Below are positions 25,000 to 36,902 of a stretch of DNA of 64,000 bases, one piece after another. Under the pieces are notes generated by a model. That model was not told the DNA's origin and did not search any database. It saw nothing but the letters and a program-made list of their open reading frames with translations. The DNA comes from Octopus vulgaris (lineage: Eukaryota): contig OX597827.1 in the NCBI GenBank assembly GCA_951406725.2, forward strand, positions 78,430,001 to 78,494,000. Reading direction: 5' to 3'. The translations under genes were made by a program, and so were the position numbers. The stretch's first letter is position 1; the number at the start of each line of letters is the position of its first letter.

Positions 25000-25908
25000 C
25001 TATGCAGGATTCTTTACTGTCGAAGATCAAAATGTTCCATCTCCATCACCTCTGACACCGGACTCTATAACTACTTTTACACCAGCAATGCTACAACGCC
25101 ACCTGAAGAATAAACGTAACTATGTCTCTCCTGGTCTCAATGGTGTTACATAACTACTCAAATGTGGTGGGTACTTTCTTCTAAACCAACTTTCACTATT
25201 CTTTCAATTCTGTCTTGACAATGGTGTTATTCCAGAGCAGTGGAAAACTGCCAGTGTTATCCCTCTGTTCAAAAAAGGTGATCACACATCGCCTGCCAAC
25301 TATCGCCCCATCAGTTTTACTAGCTGCATCGCCAAACTGATTAAATCCTGTGTCAGAGAAACCCTCTGGAACTTTTAGAAGTCTCACAGCCTCATCCAGC
25401 CGTCACAATTTTGATTTATTCCTAACTCCAGCTGCTGTAATCAACTCATCGAGTTTCTTGAGGACATTACCCGAATCACTGATGGCGGCTCTTGGGTGGA
25501 TGTTGTTCACCTGGACTTTGCTAAGGCTTTTAACTCTGTGCCATACAAAAGACTTATGGTGAAACTCTCTGCGTTGGGCAAAAGAGACGATCTCTATAAC
25601 TGGTTGAAGTCCTTCATTATCGGCCCAAAAGAGGTTGTCACAGTTCTAGGACAGCACTCTTCACCCTATGAGATGACATCTGGTGTACCACAGGGATCTG
25701 TTCTTGGCCCCCTTTTATTTGTTGCATATGTTAATGACATAGATGCCAACTTAAAGAATGCCACAGTGCTGAAATATGCAGATGACATCAAGCTGTACCT
25801 CGAAATAAAGAGGTCAGATCCTGTACACTATAGATCTCTATTGCAATCAAACCTGGACACAATGCAGCAGTGGATCATGGACTGGCAACTCAAGCTGGCT
25901 GTGGAGAC
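25000..25908 (+). mobile_element. CR1/L2-clade LINE reverse transcriptase fragment (frameshifted)
   Basis: WKTASVIPLFKKGD..PANYRPIS, LDFAKAF, SGVPQGSVLGPLLF and YADD motifs. Confidence 0.9.
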
Positions 25909-26679
25909 CTAGTGAGTGTATATATATATATGTCTGTCATATATACACCCATGTACATATCTGTCATATATATATATATAATCACATGCATCATCAACAT
26001 TATTTAATGTCTGTTTTCCATGCTGCCATGTGTTGGACAGTTTGACAGGTGCCAGTTCCGGTAGGGTTTCTATGACTGGGTGCCCTTCCTAACACCAACC
26101 ACTTTACAGAGGGTACTGGGCACTTTGTTCTGTGCTTACATGGATAAAATGGATTTCATTGAGGCAGATTTTCTATGAAACCATATTGATGGGATGCAAA
26201 TGTCTCATCCTCCTTATCTGTCTAGCTGTGCTTGCTTCATTTGTAGAAGTATGGGGCCATACACTGTAACAGTGCTTCACTGCATCCACCATTTATTGTG
26301 ATTCCCTACTACTGGTGGATTGCACCTCGCATCACTCAGGTGACACCCCCCCCCCCCCCGACCCATGGGTCTGTTTTGAGTAATCAGTGCTGCTAAGAGT
26401 TTTGCAAATCCTACCTCAACCTCTTTTAGTCACCTTTTATGATACACAAAGGAAATGTTAGATCTGTTCTTGGATTTGCCAGTTCCCACCCATATATGCC
26501 TACTATATATATATAGAGAGAGAGAGGAAGGCAAACAAATCACAAATCCCTTCAAGTAGATGGTCCTGCTCGATCTGTAGAAAAGGTGTATGTAGAAACT
26601 GCATAAGATGTACCCAGTGTAGGCTGTGGACACAAGAGGTGCAGCAATATCAAAGGAAAATTAACTGGGAAGATAGTTT

Positions 26680-27275
26680 TTGTGTTTGTCAGATGCACAG
26701 GGGCAATAAACACCGAAGCTGTGCAGAAAACAGATTCCCAGAGGGAAGAACTAGGAGTTGATAGCTTCCGTTACCTAGGTGACCAAGTCAGTAGCAGTCT
26801 GGGCAAAGTTCAGAGAGCTCCTACCTCTGTTGGTAACAAAGTGTGAAAGGTAGACTGCATGTGTGCAAACAGCCATGCTACATGGTAGTGAAGCATGGGC
26901 CGTGACTGCTGAGGACATGCGTAGGCTTGAAAGAAATGAAGCTAGTATGCTCTACTGGATGTATTATGTCAGAATGCATACACAACAGAGTGTAAGCGCC
27001 CTGAGAGAAAAGTGGGACATAAGATGCATCAGATGTGATGTGCAAGAGAGACAACTGCGCTGGTATGGTCATGGGTTGCATATGGATGAGTACAACTGTG
27101 TGATGAAATGTCACACCCTAACAGTGGAGGGAGCCTGTGGAAGAGGTAGACCCAGGAAGACATAGGAGGAGGTGGTGAAGCACGACCTTCAAATGTTGGG
27201 CCTTGCAGAGGCAATGACAAGTGACCGAGACCTTTGGTGATATGCTGTGCTTGAGAAGACTCAGCAAGCCAAGTG
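26680..27275 (+). mobile_element. RTE-clade LINE 3' fragment
   Basis: MLHGSEAW...RLERNE...QLRWYGH...GRGRPRKT, typical of the RTE C-terminus. Confidence 0.8.
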
Positions 27276-28171
27276 AGATCGTGACCATGGCCAATGCCAC
27301 TGTCACATAACCGGTTTGCTTAAAAGTACCTTTCAATCGTCGGGCAATATGCTTATGCTGTGCTTGAGAAGACCTGTTGAGTCAAGTGAAATCGTAGTTG
27401 TGGCTGTTGCCAGTGCCACCTGATTGGCGCTGGTTGTTTGTGTCTGATTTAGATAGCAGTTGTTATTAAGTTCTGTTTGTGGGCAAAGCCATCAGTCACC
27501 TCTGATATTCAAATCTTGAATATCATTGCAAACTTCAAAACCACACAGCCATTGATGTGTGTATATATCATTATCATCATTTAACATCTGCTATTTGATG
27601 CTGGCATTGGTTGAACAATTTGACATTTTCCATAGTTTGTTTTGGCAAGGTTTCTACAACTTGATGCCCTTCCTAATGCCAGCCACTTTAGAGTGTACTG
27701 GGTGCTTTTTATGTGGCCCCGGCACCAGTTCTTTTGTATGAGGTACCAGCATATGTATATGTGTTGCAATTACAAAAGGGTGCCTATATGTAAAACACAC
27801 ACAGGAAGAGTGAAAGATTCACAGTTATGTTAAGCAATAAACGCATGCAAAATTAATTAATTCCACTTATTCAGTTAGATATTCAATATCACACCGCTTC
27901 TCTGGAAAAGGTCAAGACCTGTTGTAGTAGCAGTAATAGAGACAGTGAGTGGACACAGCTAAATATGGAACTTGTAATTAAAGAGTTGGCAGACTTGTCA
28001 GAAATTGATTGCATGTGTTTATGGGTGCACCATCTTGAGTTTTGATGATTCAGCAAATGTGTGAGATACGTCTGTCTGGATATAGACATAGACAGACAGA
28101 CAGATATACATATTATACTTGCACAGAGTAGATATGTGCAAGTATGCATGTTACACTAAATGTGTATGTAT

Positions 28172-28573
28172 TCTTTTCTTTTATTCTTTTACTTGTTTCA
28201 GTCATTTGATTGCAGCCATGCTGGAGCACTGCCTTTAGTCGAGCAAATCGACCCCAGGACTTATTCTTTGTAAGCCTAGTACTTATTCTATCGGCCTCTT
28301 TTGCTGAACCGCTAAGTTACGGGGACGTTAACACCAGCAACGCTTTTCAAGTGATGTTAGGGGGACAAACATATACACACACATACACACATATATATAT
28401 ATATATATACGACGGGCTTCTTTCAGTTTCCGTCCACCAAATCCACTCACAAAGCTTTGGTCGGCCCGAGGCTATAGTAGAAGACACTTGCCCAAGGTGC
28501 CACACAGTGGGACTGAACCCGGAATCATGTGGTTGGTAAGCAAGCTACTTTCCACACAGCCACTCCTGCGCCT
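28172..28573 (-). mobile_element. SINE family B copy with probable TSD TATGTATT
   Basis: Homology to 10498-10897; tatgtatt on both flanks. Confidence 0.85.
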
Positions 28574-28608
28574 ATATGTATTAACTTTGTTTCAAAAAAT
28601 TTGTATGC

Positions 28609-28915
28609 AGGACGTCTGGCACTCTGTCGGTCATGACAACGAGTATTCCAGTTTGTCTGATCAACGGAATGGTCTGCTCATGAAATAAACATACAAGTGG
28701 CTGAGTACTCCACAGACATGCATTCCTTTAATGTAGTTCTCGGGGAGATTCAGTGTGACACCGAATGCAACAAGGCTGACCTTTTGAAATCCAGGTACAA
28801 CTCATTTTTGCCAGCTGAGTGGACTGGAGCAGTGGAGTAGCTTGATCAAGGATACAAGGCATTGTTGGGAATCGAACTCGCAGCCTCTTGGTTGTGAGCC
28901 AAATATCCCAGCCAC
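28609..28915 (-). mobile_element. SINE with a family C tail and a degenerate CORE-like head
   Basis: Tail matches 36238-36420; the head part carries cagctgagtggactggagca. Confidence 0.6.
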
Positions 28916-29989
28916 GAAGTCACACGAAGTAGAACAGAATTAAAAAGATTAGCACTCGTGATATGACCTGCTTGAAGTTGTCTTATTTCATTGATACCAG
29001 TAATAAGTCGAGGTCAACCAGTAAGAAACTCTTTATGTTGTGGTTGCATAGGTTGCTAGAAATATCAGCCAAATCTGTCTCAAGCTATACCACCTATGAC
29101 AAAGTTAGAAGTCAGGCAAAAAAAATTGATGTGATCATAGCTGGAGTATTTTCCATCATAGGTTTCCTGTTTTCTGATTGACCTGTGGTTAAACAGCAAA
29201 ACATTGGATGATGTGTTGTCCTTGGTATACTGTGTCTGTATAGGATATGTTAGGTTGGATGATCGAGCCTGGACTGTCTGTCTTCATAAAGTCTACTAAA
29301 TCAGGACTGACTTGAGGACTGCACCATCATGAGACATTATAGTTCTAGGTGTATTATGTCCAAATAAATGATGTGTTGGTCATGCCTGGAACAGGTTTGA
29401 TCAAGGATCCACAGAGCCAGAGCTGAAGTGTGGTAAATGTCTATTCTCCCCAATTCCCTGTTGAAATATTTATTTCTCCCTTCAGTCAAGAAGACTAATT
29501 ATTAATTAATTATTGGTAATTTACACAATATTTGACAATTGAATTAATCCACAAAATGAATGAATGTTTGACAACTTGTAAGACACCCCACCATCCACCT
29601 TAATTTCCACAGACCCTTTCTTGAACGTTGCTTGCCAGTACCTTAAACCCTGGTCTTGTATTTATAAACATTGGCTGGTTTTCTGGGTCAGTTTTTTGTG
29701 ACCCTCTTCACAAGCTGCCATATGTGCTGTGTTTTTTGTTTAATGAAATGGAAAAGAATTGTAAACATATTTGTTCCAATATTTTTCTTTTCAATTTTAT
29801 TTATAGGTTGTTGTTGTGTCCTAAAGTGGCCATTTCGATATTCCTTGTCCAGAAATTGTGTTGTCTGCTCTTGCACAATCTCCAATCTGAACCATTTTCA
29901 TATCTATGGCTTCTCTCCCTGAGAAGCAGCAGTTTTAACATAAGCAGAATTCAAGGTGAGAGTCATTTTATTTATTTTCTTTTATATAA

Positions 29990-30440
29990 TATAATATAAT
30001 GAAATTATTGTATACAGTGCTCAGGTGCACCACAACTTGTCGAAAGTGCATATAAAGCATATGCAGTAATGTACAAATGTCTGGGAAGTGAACAGTGTAT
30101 GAGTCAGATACATGCTTGCATGTGTATGGAGGGAGAAAATCAGGTGTAGTGTTGGCGAATCTCAGGAAGCATGGAAGTTTTGAAGGATGCAGAGCTCCGA
30201 CAACTAACAACTGATGCCAGCAGTTTGTTCCATGCTTCAGCAACTCTCAGCGTGAAAAAATGTTTCCGAAAGTTATGGGAGCTGTGCTGTTTTCTGACTT
30301 TGTAAATATGTCCACGGGTGTTAGAGGGGTGGAGTTTGAGAAGGTGCTCAGAGTTATTGTTTGTAAGATGGTTAATAATTTTATGGGTGGGGGTCTGCCA
30401 AGTCAGCTGCCAGACGTCGGAGTTTCAATGTGTCCATGCC
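29990..30440 (-). mobile_element. CR1-type LINE 3' end
   Basis: Reverse complement of 1380-1833. Confidence 0.8.
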
Positions 30441-31282
30441 CAGGGAAGTATGGCATTATTCTTATGCATTATGTTCTTGATTAAAAATTCCCTTTGCATG
30501 TATGCATTCACCTGTTTTAGTGATTGCGTATATTGAAACCTGTCGTTAGCACAAAACCACAAACTTATAAGGTATATCCATTAAATTTACCCTCATATTT
30601 TACTGGTAGAGGTGAGACAGCGAAGTGGATAAAGGAATGGACTGGCTGCTCGTAGGTCATGAGATCAAATCTGTAGCTAGGGTGTTGTTTCTACACTAAA
30701 CACTGTTTTCCACTTGACCTCACTTAACTGTCATGGGGAAATAATTATCAAACAAAGAATGTTGTCTATGGTAGACTTGTGTCCTGTTGTCCCCTAAACA
30801 CTGATTTATCTCTCATTCACTTCTATGAAACCCATAAAGTCCTTGGAGCATAGCAAATACTTATTAAGGTTGTTTTACTAACCCCTTGAGATGATGAGAG
30901 ATATGGGTTCCCATTAAAAGCACTGAAGGACAAGGACCAAATGCTATAAGACTTATTCTACCAATTCTTTTGGGAGAATCTTTACATGGTTGCTAAAGCT
31001 GGTAGAAATAGAAGTCAAATCACACCCTACTATGTTAAAAGGGAAGGATACACATAGAACAGTGTAGTCTTTAATACATTATACCTTAAACAAAGACTGT
31101 ATAAATGATTTTGATCATGGGCCTTCTCAATCAGGCTGGCCTGTGGCTAAACACCAACTATGCTGACCTCCACTGCTTATTGGTTTCAAATTTTGGTACA
31201 AGGCCAACAATTTTGAGGAAGGGGTTAAGTTGATCACATCAACCCCAGTGTGCAACTGGTACTTATTTCATCGACCCTCAAG

Positions 31283-31747
31283 GGGATACAGGACACAGAT
31301 CATGTAGTATAGCCCACTGGAAACGATGTCTCCTGGGGCTAAATTACAGCAGCATTCATCCTAAACCAGGACTGCCATGTTACGTTGGCAAACAATCTTT
31401 ACTATAAAGTACTGTTGCTGAATATCTCTCATTGTGAGATTTACAAATATTAATTTTCTATTTTATATATCAGTGACTAGTTGTCACTTTGAAAACTATA
31501 TATTTGGAACAGGAATTTGGCAACGTCACCTCTAGCCGAACAATTATTCTGTGCTGATGAAGGGAAATAACCCGGAAATCGCGATACACAGATTTTGCTC
31601 TGAGCTGAGTGGGGGTGCTGGATTCCCTTGTTCGAAAATATAAAGACACAGATCGTGTCACATAGCCAGCTGGAGATGATGTCTCCTGGGGCTAAATTAC
31701 AGCAACATTCATCCTAAACCAGGACTGGTTGGCAAATAATCTTTACT
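31283..31747 (+). mobile_element. Retrozyme-like / Penelope pseudo-LTR-like element: about 1.3 copies of a 353-bp unit, TSD CTCAAG
   Basis: Direct repeats 31292-31400 and 31645-31746; CTCAAG at 31277-31282 and 31748-31753; internal hammerhead motif. Confidence 0.7.
31548..31592 (+). ncRNA. Minimal type I hammerhead ribozyme
   Basis: TCTGTG-CTGATGA-A-GGG-AAATAA-CCC-G-GAAA-TCGCGA-TA-CACAGA: 6-bp stem I, CUGAUGA and GAAA core, 3-bp stem II, palindromic stem III ATCGCGAT, AUA cleavage triplet. Confidence 0.72.
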
Positions 31748-31892
31748 CTCAAGAGGATGAAAAGCAAAGTCAACCTCAGCAGGATTTGAACTCAGAACAA
31801 AGATGGACGAAATGCTGACTAAACATTGGACTAACCATTCTGCCAGTTCACCACCTTAAATCTCTGCTAATTACTATTGCTGTTAATTAGAT

Positions 31893-32279
31893 CAGTGGTT
31901 TTCAGCCAGGGTCCACTTGATCCTTCAGCTCCCATATTAGATTTTGTTAAAATTAATGGGCAATAAATTGGTTATTCTCTAACAATATACAAAATATTTC
32001 AAGAATTTATTGTGTGTGGGGAGGGTCATACTCTTTTAATGCCTTATTAATTAACACACTCACTGGTTCAATTTCCACTCACTTATTTTTTCTAAAATTT
32101 TCGTTGCTTCTTGCAGCTTCTTCAATAGTCAATTATTTTTATATAATTCCTAATAATCAATTATAAAAATATAATAGGATTATTTTAACATCAAATAATT
32201 AGGAGGGTCCATCAGTAAAATAGGAATTAACAGGGTCCATAGGTAAAAAAAAAAAAATGGGCAGGGGTTTAAGAACCAG
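31893..32279. mobile_element. hAT-like MITE with a nested fragment (about 32010-32130)
   Basis: cagtggttttcagcc ... ggtttaagaaccag ends; homologous to 11133-11392. Confidence 0.55.
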
Positions 32280-33162
32280 AAATTTAAATGATGGGAAGAT
32301 GGTGGATTGACAGAATTGTTTGGGAGTTGGATAAAATACTTTGCAGTATTTCTTCGTACCCTTTACGTTTTCAGTTAAAATCTCACCAAGGTCACCTAGG
32401 GTCATCATCTTCATCATCGTCCATAAAATAAAATAGCAATCAAGTAGTCCCTAAGCACCTCCTCTAGAAATTACTGGCCTTGTGCCTAAATCGGAAGTCA
32501 TTTATTAGTTGGTGGATCATCTTTACTGATGTATTGTCTAATAGTTCAGTGTGTATGTGTTAATGGTCTTGTTGTGGTCAACTTGATCTTTCATCACTGA
32601 ATCAGTCTCTTGTGCATCTCTCTTCCCTTTTCTGTGATGCAAACGAAACACCATGCAGTTTATAAATCCCATCTTCCCAGTTTCTGGGTTCAAGTCTGGT
32701 CCAGGATCAACCTGGCCTTTCGTCTTGTGGTCAGTAATGTATTAGAGTCTATTTGACCAACGTTATCCATCTGCTCTTTCCTCGTCTGATGCCACTGTGA
32801 TATCCCTCGTCATTTTCTGGGGCAACACCTTTTCCATTTTGTCTGCTGGGACCATCAGGCAGTCTGGCAAGTCTTTTCAGATATTTCTCTGCTGTGAGGA
32901 AGAACATGGTGATTTAAGCAGAGCCTCTCAAATCATTTCATGAAGCATTATTGTTTAAATTACCATTTTATATTCGTAACAACTGTGTGTTATATAACTG
33001 TGGTGAGATGTGAAGTCAAAGTATTAACACACCTCTACCACTATAGTTTTAATCATTACCATCATCATTTTTGTTGCTTTAATATCCATAGATTGACCAA
33101 AAGCATGGGTTGGCTACATCTGCCTATCAGCTGCTTTACATATCTTTGTCCAGTATAAGGAC

Positions 33163-33510
33163 ATGAGGGTACATGGCCGAGTGGTTAGGATGTTGCTCTC
33201 ATGGTTGTGGTTTCGATTCTCAGAGTGAGAGAAAGTTGTGGCTAAAGAATACAGCAGAGTTCGCCACCACCCCCTGCTGGAGCCTTGTAGAGCTTTAAGT
33301 GTTTCTCTCACTCTTTCTTCCTGTTTCTGTTGTACCTGTATTTTCAAAGGGCCAGCCGTGTCACACTCCGTCACACTGAATCTCCCTGAGAACTACGTTA
33401 AGGGTACATGTGTCTGTGGAGTGTTCAGCCACTTGCACGTTAATTTCACGAGCAGGTTGTTCCATTGATCGGATCAACTGGAACACCTGTCATCATAACC
33501 GACGGAGTGG
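33163..33510 (+). mobile_element. SINE family C copy with an internal inversion
   Basis: Head and tail are on +, but 33222-33304 is reverse-complemented relative to the other copies. Confidence 0.75.
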
Positions 33511-33821
33511 CATGATACTTTCCATTAGATACACCTTAATTGCAATTCCTACTGACACCTTATCTGGAAATCAAGTTTCATTATTTTCCAGGTGATAGTT
33601 GAGCTTTATGTTGCTTGCTAAGAAGTTTGTCTATGTTAAGTTTACTTTTAAACCTTTCCACTCCAGACTCTGCTTCCACCTCTCTCTCTCACCTGATTGT
33701 CTGTTACCTGTAATGAATTGGTATCTTATCCACTGAAGCTTATGAAACTAGAGGCTGAACATCAATCCTTAAGGAGAGGGTCTTAAACATTTACATGACA
33801 TTGTCAATTGGGTAGATGTAA

Positions 33822-34058
33822 TCTATTTCTTTACTACCCACAAGGGGCTAAACACAGAGGGGACAAACAAAGACAGACAAATGGATTAAGTCAATTACAT
33901 CGACCCCAGTGCATAACTGGTACTTAATTTATCGACCCCCAAAAGGATGAAAGGCAAAGTTGACCTCGGCAGAATTTGAACTGAGAATGTAATGCCAGAC
34001 GAAATACGGCTACACATTTCGCCCGGTGTGCTAACCTTTCTGCCAACTCGCCGCCTTA
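33822..34058 (-). mobile_element. SINE family A, full length, with probable long TSD
   Basis: ttgggtagatgtaatct occurs on both flanks (about 33808-33824 and 34061-34077). Confidence 0.85.
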
Positions 34059-34235
34059 AGTTGGGTAGATGTAATCTTCTAGTTAATACACATGTAGTTG
34101 GGTTGGAGTGAGGTCAGCTGTTTGGCCAGTAGCCCCATGCAAACTAAGGGACTTTAGAAGAGCTGTAACTATTCACTTGGGTATTTAAGTGTATTGTTGC
34201 TGACTGGACTGGAATCCTGAAGTTTACATTTGCAA

Positions 34236-34480
34236 CGTAAAATACACCAATCCGACCGTGGCTGTTGCCAGCCTCGCCTGGCACCTGTGCAGGTGGCACG
34301 TAAAAAGCACCCACTACATTCACGGAGTGGTTGGCGTTAGGAAGGGCATCCAGCTGTAGAAACATTGCCAGATAAGACTGGAGCCTGGTGCAGCCTTCTG
34401 GTTTCGCAGATCCCCGGTCGAACCGTCCAAGCCTTGCTAGCATGGAAAATGGACATTAAACGATGATGATGATGATGATG
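34236..34480 (+). mobile_element. SINE family M copy
   Basis: ggcacgtaaaaagcaccc...ggcgttaggaagggcatcc...(GAT)n. Confidence 0.8.
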
Positions 34481-35390
34481 ACCAAGCTACCATTTGCTAT
34501 ATTAAACTATTAATTAATTAGATATTTTGTCATCAGGATCTGTGTGACGGTGGATATTACAACCATCGATATCTTCAGTGGTGTGGTTGCTGTTTTCATC
34601 GTCCTGTATTGGCCATAACTTGAGCATGGCTACAATGATGGATGTGTCAGAAATTGTGTTCCATTATTTGCATCTTTGGATTATCTGCAATTCCAAGCAC
34701 CACTGTCTCCCATCAGGGTTTTCGTCATGGTTCTGTACGGTCACCCAGATTTCTTCATATTGATCAGTTGACTTAGTTGTCAGGTAACCCGAGAAGATAC
34801 TAGTGACAGTGCATGGTCAGTTGCCCCTCAGCCTTCCAACAATCTTATTTATTGGCCAACAGGGAGGGGTCACCTCCAGAGGTGATCATTACTCACTTTT
34901 GGGTCTGCTCTGTGTTTTTCAGAACTGATGTGGGTTGACTAGGTATTCTTCATAGAATCAGCATATCAACACATGTGTCGATCTGTTATTTCATCTGTGA
35001 TGTCCAGTCGGTTGAGATCTAATCTTGGTCTTTCATCCTGATGTCCAAATCATATTCATGATGTCTGTGGTCACACATGATCTCCACTGCATTATCCAGG
35101 ATACCCAACAATCTAACCCTACCTCTGCTGTCTCCAAAACCCACCTTAGTAAGGTTTGATCCTGTTTCAGTGTGTCACCCTCTGTACCCTTCATAATGGA
35201 GAGGCCTCCCTGTGAATTACTCGGCTTGCTAGAAATACCAGTTAAATCTCCCTCAAGTTACACCTTGCAGTTTTTAAAATGGGAAGACATGTTGAATAAT
35301 GTCTTTGTAATAAAAATAGCTGGAAGATCTTTGACTGCGAGTCTTCTTCATCGTGGCAGACCTGGTATTAAAAAACAACAACTCTCAACT

Positions 35391-35733
35391 TGCTGAGACC
35401 CCCTTCGGTCATGGCTGACCATGGGATTGCACCTGGAAAGTTCCCCTCCGAGGCACAAGTCCGGGCAAGATTGTTTTTATGGAAGACCAGCAGTCACCCA
35501 TGCATACCGTGCCTCCCCTTTCCACACCACTGATGTTATCCAAGGGAAAGGCAAAGGGGCCGTTACAGCTTGGCACCTGTGACGTCGCAACTCATTTCTA
35601 CAGCTGAGCGAACTGGAGCAACATGAAATAAAGTGTCTTGCTCAAGAACACAACACGCAGCCCGGTCTAGAATTCGAACTCACAACCTCATGATCGTAGG
35701 CTCGATGCTCTAACCACTAAGCCATGCACCTTC
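35391..35733 (-). mobile_element. tRNA-derived CORE-like SINE, family D, with 13-bp TSD
   Basis: Head gtgaaggtgcatggcttagtggttagagc...gagttcgaattc; TSD ACAACTCTCAACT at 35378-35390 and 35734-35746. Confidence 0.85.
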
Positions 35734-36141
35734 ACAACTCTCAACTACTGACATCAAAATTCATAAATGCCTACTAACACCCCCACCACGCATGCACACA
35801 CACACACAACTCAAATATGCATGTACCTGGGTGCACATACACACACAAAAATGGCAATGTGGTTAAGAAGTTCACTTGGCAGATACACAGTTCCAGTTTC
35901 AATCCCACTGAGTCGATTGATCTCAGCCTTTATAAGTGAAATTTAGTTGGAAACTGTGTAAGCCCCTCAGGGAAACCGTTTTTGTGCATTGGTTGTAGGC
36001 TTAATCTGGTGCTTTGTTTTTTTAACACCAACACCTGGCCCTTCAGAGCCATCAATGGGATCCAGTCTGTAGTAACTATTTGGATCAGGCTTCCAGCCTG
36101 AGGGGGACTTTTTCCTTCCCAGTAATTTTAAAGGCCCTTAA

Positions 36142-36738
36142 CCCTTTCGTTACTGTATTTATTTTGAGATGCTCTGTGTTGCGTTCGATTAATTTTAAAT
36201 ATAATGAAGAATTTAGTAAAAGAACTTAGTTATCATTGTGGAAGCACTCCGTTGGTTACGACGACGAGGGTTCCTGTTGATCCGAATCAACAGAACAGCC
36301 TGCTTGTGAAATTAACGTGTAAGTGGCTGAGTACTCCACAGACACGTGTACCCTTAACATAGTTCTCAGGGATATTCAGCGTGACACAGAGAGTGACAAG
36401 GCTGGCCCTTTGAAATACAGGTACAACAGAAACAGGAAGTACGAGTGAGAGAAAGTTGTGGTGAAAGAGTACAGCAGGGATCACCACCATCCCCTGCCGG
36501 AGACTCATGGAGCTTTAGGTGTTTTCGCTCAATAAACACTCACAACGCCCGGTCTGGGAATCAAACTGCGATCCTATGACCGTGAGTCCGCTGCCCTAAC
36601 CACTGGGCCTCCTTAGTTATCATTAAGCTAGTGTTGAGAACATGAATTGTGACTAAGATTTTAATTCAAAACTTATGAAAGTAAGACATCTGTACTACAG
36701 AGCCAGAGCTGGTTTTGGCCGGGTTGGTATCAAAAGGG
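36142..36738. mobile_element. piggyBac-like MITE containing a family C SINE
   Basis: TTAA-ccctttcgttac ... ggtatcaaaaggg-TTAA. Confidence 0.75.
36238..36611 (-). mobile_element. SINE family C with 13-bp TSD
   Basis: TSD CTTAGTTATCATT at 36225-36237 and 36612-36624. Confidence 0.88.
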
Positions 36739-36902
36739 TTAAAGGGAATTTGGAGGCTAACAATAAACCAAAGACTTACATATCACCACATCACATTCCC
36801 ACACACACATATATACACATACACTTGATGTTTCCAAAATCCTAACTGCTTGTTTTTTTTTTGTTTGTCTTTTGTAGCATTGGTGCCAGAAGAGACGACG
36901 CC

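Larger units (their letters stand above)
31179..31857 (-). mobile_element. SINE family A copy interrupted by a 465-bp insertion
   Basis: The SINE breaks at gaccctcaag (31282) and resumes at aggatgaaaagcaaagtc (31754). Confidence 0.75.

Noticed and set aside
36240-36345. Pistol- or twister-like ribozyme in the family C SINE tail
   Set aside because: Hairpins are present but I could not find the required pseudoknot or conserved core; more simply a LINE-derived 3' stem-loop.
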